This document shows positions 61,418 to 64,000 of a DNA stretch of 64,000 bases, one piece after another. The notes beneath the pieces were generated by a model that was given only the letters and a program-made list of their open reading frames with translations, searched no databases and was not told where the DNA came from. The stretch's first letter is position 1; every line of letters starts with the position of its first letter. The stretch lies in assembly GCF_988243305.1 (NCBI RefSeq), contig NZ_OZ547136.1. One strand, 5' to 3'. Made by a program: the position numbers and the translations under genes.

Positions 61418-61617
61418 AATGTTTTAAGGGCAGTCATATTATATTTTAATGAATAATAACACTGCCCATTATAATTATTTCCATATTGGAAGAGTCCCAC
61501 TCAAGAATAAAAATGATAATGCAATTTCATCAGGATACAATTCAATTCCAACCTGATAATGATTCACTTCCACAGATTTTTTGCTAACTTTTACTACACA
61601 GGGATTCTGGAAAAAAG

Positions 61618-62079
61618 ATGAAAAAGATATTACTTATGTTGAGTCTGCTATTTTTTACTACCGCGGGCTTTAGTGAAGTTTCGGATACGTTAGTGACGGG
61701 AGGTTATGATAAACAAGCGATGTCTGACGCCATTCAACATGCGCGGAAAGAAACCGATCAATTCATCGAAATTATGAATAAAAAAGATGCCGATACTTTC
61801 GCGGTCAAAGCCCCGATAACCGATCACGGAAGAACAGAGCATTTCTGGCTTACGGATGTCACTTATTCTAACGGCATGTTTATTGGCGTAATAAGCAATG
61901 ACCCTGGTATTGTTACAAACGTAGAATATGGTCAGGAGTGGAAAATCAAGAAAGAAGATATTTCAGACTGGATGTATACGCGCGGGGATAAAATTTACGG
62001 CGGTTATACCATTGATCCTTTATTAGTCACCTATCCAAAAGAAGAAGCCGACGAGCTAAGAGCAAAATTAGTTCGCTAA
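61618..62079 (+). CDS. yegJ: secreted protein of unknown function
   Basis: 153 aa ORF with N-terminal signal peptide (MKKILLMLSLLFFTTAGFS); AT-rich. Confidence 0.8.
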   Translation: MKKILLMLSLLFFTTAGFSEVSDTLVTGGYDKQAMSDAIQHARKETDQFIEIMNKKDADTFAVKAPITDHGRTEHFWLTDVTYSNGMFIGVISNDPGIVTNVEYGQEWKIKKEDISDWMYTRGDKIYGGYTIDPLLVTYPKEEADELRAKLVR

Positions 62080-62143
62080 CCAGCCATTATATTGATTGCT
62101 TAAACTGGCGGTTGAACTGTTGTCTTCAACCGCCATGCGATGT

Positions 62144-62905
62144 TCATTCTGTCCACAGCGCCAGTGCCAACGTTTTATCATCATCCGTACGCTCGTTTAC
62201 CGCCGGGCTGGACAAAAACTGCTTTAACAATTCAGGTAATAAATCGAGTTGTTCCTGCGTTGCTGACGCCAGTCCATTGAAAAACGGGGTAAAAAAAGGC
62301 ACATGCGGAGAATTATTCAACATATTTAACGCCAGCCTCTGAATACCATCCGTAAATGCTGCAACTTTATGCGCACGCTCAGTACTGGTGTAAGTTTCCA
62401 GTCTGGAAACAGCATCGTCATCGGTAATGAAGTGCGTCATGTTGGCATATTCACCCACCATCGGCGTGAGAGGCAATTGCAGACCGTGACCCAAATCTAC
62501 CACCATGCCGCCATCGCCAATCTGCATAATCAAGGTGCCGTCAGGCGATGAAATCAGTCCCAGAAATGTACAGGCAAAATCGCGAACCGCTAATTCTTTG
62601 GCCTCTGCCTCGGCAAAAAGTCGCTGACGAATGGTCAGCACAATATCCGTGGCGAGGACATCATTAAGCCCCAATTCCCCACCCTGCACTTTTTGCGACA
62701 TATAAGCCATCGCTTCATTGACGGCGAGCATCGCGCCTTCGCCACCCTGCGAGACGCTGCCTGCGCCATCAGCGACAAATACCGACAATAATGGCTGCTG
62801 GTCATTTAACCAGGCAACCTGCATCTGGCAGGCATCCTGGCAAGGCAAGTCCGCGCTGATGTGCGACGTTCCAACGGTTGATGCATAGACCAGACGCCAG
62901 CTCAC
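62144..62905 (-). CDS. yegK: PP2C-family protein phosphatase
   Basis: 253 aa ORF; acidic metal-binding motifs (VADGAGS, DGG); 4-bp overlap with yegL. Confidence 0.82.
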   Translation of the reverse strand: MSWRLVYASTVGTSHISADLPCQDACQMQVAWLNDQQPLLSVFVADGAGSVSQGGEGAMLAVNEAMAYMSQKVQGGELGLNDVLATDIVLTIRQRLFAEAEAKELAVRDFACTFLGLISSPDGTLIMQIGDGGMVVDLGHGLQLPLTPMVGEYANMTHFITDDDAVSRLETYTSTERAHKVAAFTDGIQRLALNMLNNSPHVPFFTPFFNGLASATQEQLDLLPELLKQFLSSPAVNERTDDDKTLALALWTE

Positions 62906-63561
62906 ACTGACGTCCAGCCTTTTGGCGCTTCCAGCACAACTTCCGTTCCCGGCGTGGAGCGGGAAACCGAACGCAGCGAACTGGATAACCAGCTAAACAG
63001 TTCACGGAATTGTAATCCCTGCAGTGGCAAAGGCTGACGAACGCTGATTTGTGCCAAAGTCTTCATATCCGCCCCCTGAACACCGATGGAAAAGAAGGCA
63101 AACTTCTTATCTTCTTCCCCCTGAAACACTTTGTTGGCGGCAGCCTGCCACTCATCGGTTGGAGCGCCATCGGTGATCAGGAAAATCCACGGGCGATAAT
63201 AGGAAATACCATTGGCGCGATACTCACGTTTGCGCTCCTCAACCATATCCAGGGCTTTGGTAATGGCGGCCCCCATTGGTGTATCGCCCTGGGCAAACAG
63301 GATGGGCGGGAAAAAATTAGCGGCGCTGGTAAAGGGTTGTTCCACATGCACCGGGCCGAACGTCACAATACCGAGTTCCACTCTTTTTAAGGCCAGCGGA
63401 TCGGCAAGCAGTTCATCGCGAAAGGTAACCAATCCGGCGTTAAGTTCATTAATAGGTCTACCACTCATCGAACCAGAAACATCCAACAGCAAAATGCAGG
63501 GGCAACGTGGTTCCGGGTTACTGGCAAAATCGCTGGTGGCAAACGTGATTTGTTCGCTCAT
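62902..63561 (-). CDS. yegL: von Willebrand factor A domain protein
   Basis: 219 aa ORF with MIDAS-like motif LLLDVSGSM. Confidence 0.82.
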   Translation of the reverse strand: MSEQITFATSDFASNPEPRCPCILLLDVSGSMSGRPINELNAGLVTFRDELLADPLALKRVELGIVTFGPVHVEQPFTSAANFFPPILFAQGDTPMGAAITKALDMVEERKREYRANGISYYRPWIFLITDGAPTDEWQAAANKVFQGEEDKKFAFFSIGVQGADMKTLAQISVRQPLPLQGLQFRELFSWLSSSLRSVSRSTPGTEVVLEAPKGWTSV

Positions 63562-63739
63562 AAGAAATCCTTTCTTAGAGAATTATTGAGGTCCGGTATC
63601 ATACCGATTGCAATAATGAAATAAGAGCAAACGAAGAAACTTTCAGAATTAGGCCCGGCGGCGCAGAAAATTTTGCTATTCGCCTCGCAAGAACGGAGAG
63701 CCGTCGATTGACACTAAGGGCGGAGTGACATAATTTCAG

Positions 63740-63885
63740 GAGTGAGGGTTAGGGAGAGGTTTCTCCCTCCCCCTGGTGTTCTTAGTAAGCCTGGAAGCTA
63801 ATCACTAAGAGTATCTCCAGTATGATGACGTGCTTCATCATAACCCTTTCCTTATTAAAAGCCCTCTTCTCCGGGAGAGGGTTTC
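63740..63885 (+). ncRNA. Sib-family antisense RNA (antitoxin of Ibs), boundaries approximate
   Basis: plus-strand region fully overlapping the minus-strand Ibs ORF, ending at a hairpin plus T-tract; locus position after yegL matches the recalled sib/ibs location; 5' end not determinable from sequence. Confidence 0.5.
63782..63841 (-). CDS. Ibs-family type I toxin, 19 aa hydrophobic peptide
   Basis: hand translation of the minus strand gives MMKHVIILEILLVISFQAY followed by a stop; not in the ORF track because it is below the length cutoff. Confidence 0.65.
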   Translation of the reverse strand: MMKHVIILEILLVISFQAY

Positions 63886-63890
63886 CCGTT
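63861..63890 (+). terminator. rho-independent terminator, probably of the Sib RNA
   Basis: hairpin ccctcttctccgggagaggg followed by tttcccgtttc. Confidence 0.6.
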
Positions 63891-64000
63891 TCAGCGTCCC
63901 GCTGAAATCGTCGGCTTACCTCCTTTCGCCCTGAATGCAGTCTATCGCTAACGCGTGAACAAAATAGTTTCCTCTGTGATTATTGCGTAACGACTCGCAA

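Noticed and set aside
63891-64000. Second ibs/sib copy at the window edge
   Set aside because: K-12 has a tandem second copy here, but the remaining 110 nt show no complete Ibs-like ORF; the window ends too soon to call it.

Overview
This window reads as an Escherichia coli-type chromosomal segment running from the 3' end of the histidine operon through the O-antigen and colanic acid loci to the yeg gene block. Gene names are assigned by my recognition of the translated ORFs and the conserved gene order; no database search was run. Order: hisD(partial)-hisC-hisB-hisH-hisA-hisF-hisI (+), then on the minus strand wzzB, ugd, gnd, a 12-gene AT-rich O-antigen cluster (manB, GT, manC, gmm, fcl, gmd, GT, GalE-like epimerase, wzy, GT, GT, wzx) preceded by a JUMPstart/ops element, then galF, gne, and the complete colanic acid cluster (wcaM-wcaL-wcaK-wzxC-wcaJ-manB-manC-wcaI-gmm-fcl-gmd-wcaF-wcaE-wcaD-wcaC-wcaB-wcaA-wzc-wzb-wza) with its own JUMPstart/ops. 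After that come yegH, asmA, dcd, udk, the diguanylate cyclase yegE/dgcE, alkA, yegD, the kinase-like yegI, yegJ, the PP2C-like yegK, the vWA protein yegL, and an Ibs/Sib type I toxin-antitoxin locus at the window edge. The O-antigen cluster is not the K-12 rfb set; it carries a GDP-L-fucose pathway and I could not assign a serogroup. The most notable observations are a near-identical manB pair 22 kb apart in direct orientation, the compositionally foreign O-antigen block, the unlinked yegI / yegK-yegL kinase-phosphatase-vWA module, tandem REP/BIME arrays inside the colanic acid operon, and an Ibs toxin variant with polar substitutions. I found no transposase, integrase, tRNA, rRNA or CRISPR array. 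The ORF track marks non-ATG starts as M, so several start coordinates were adjusted by hand.
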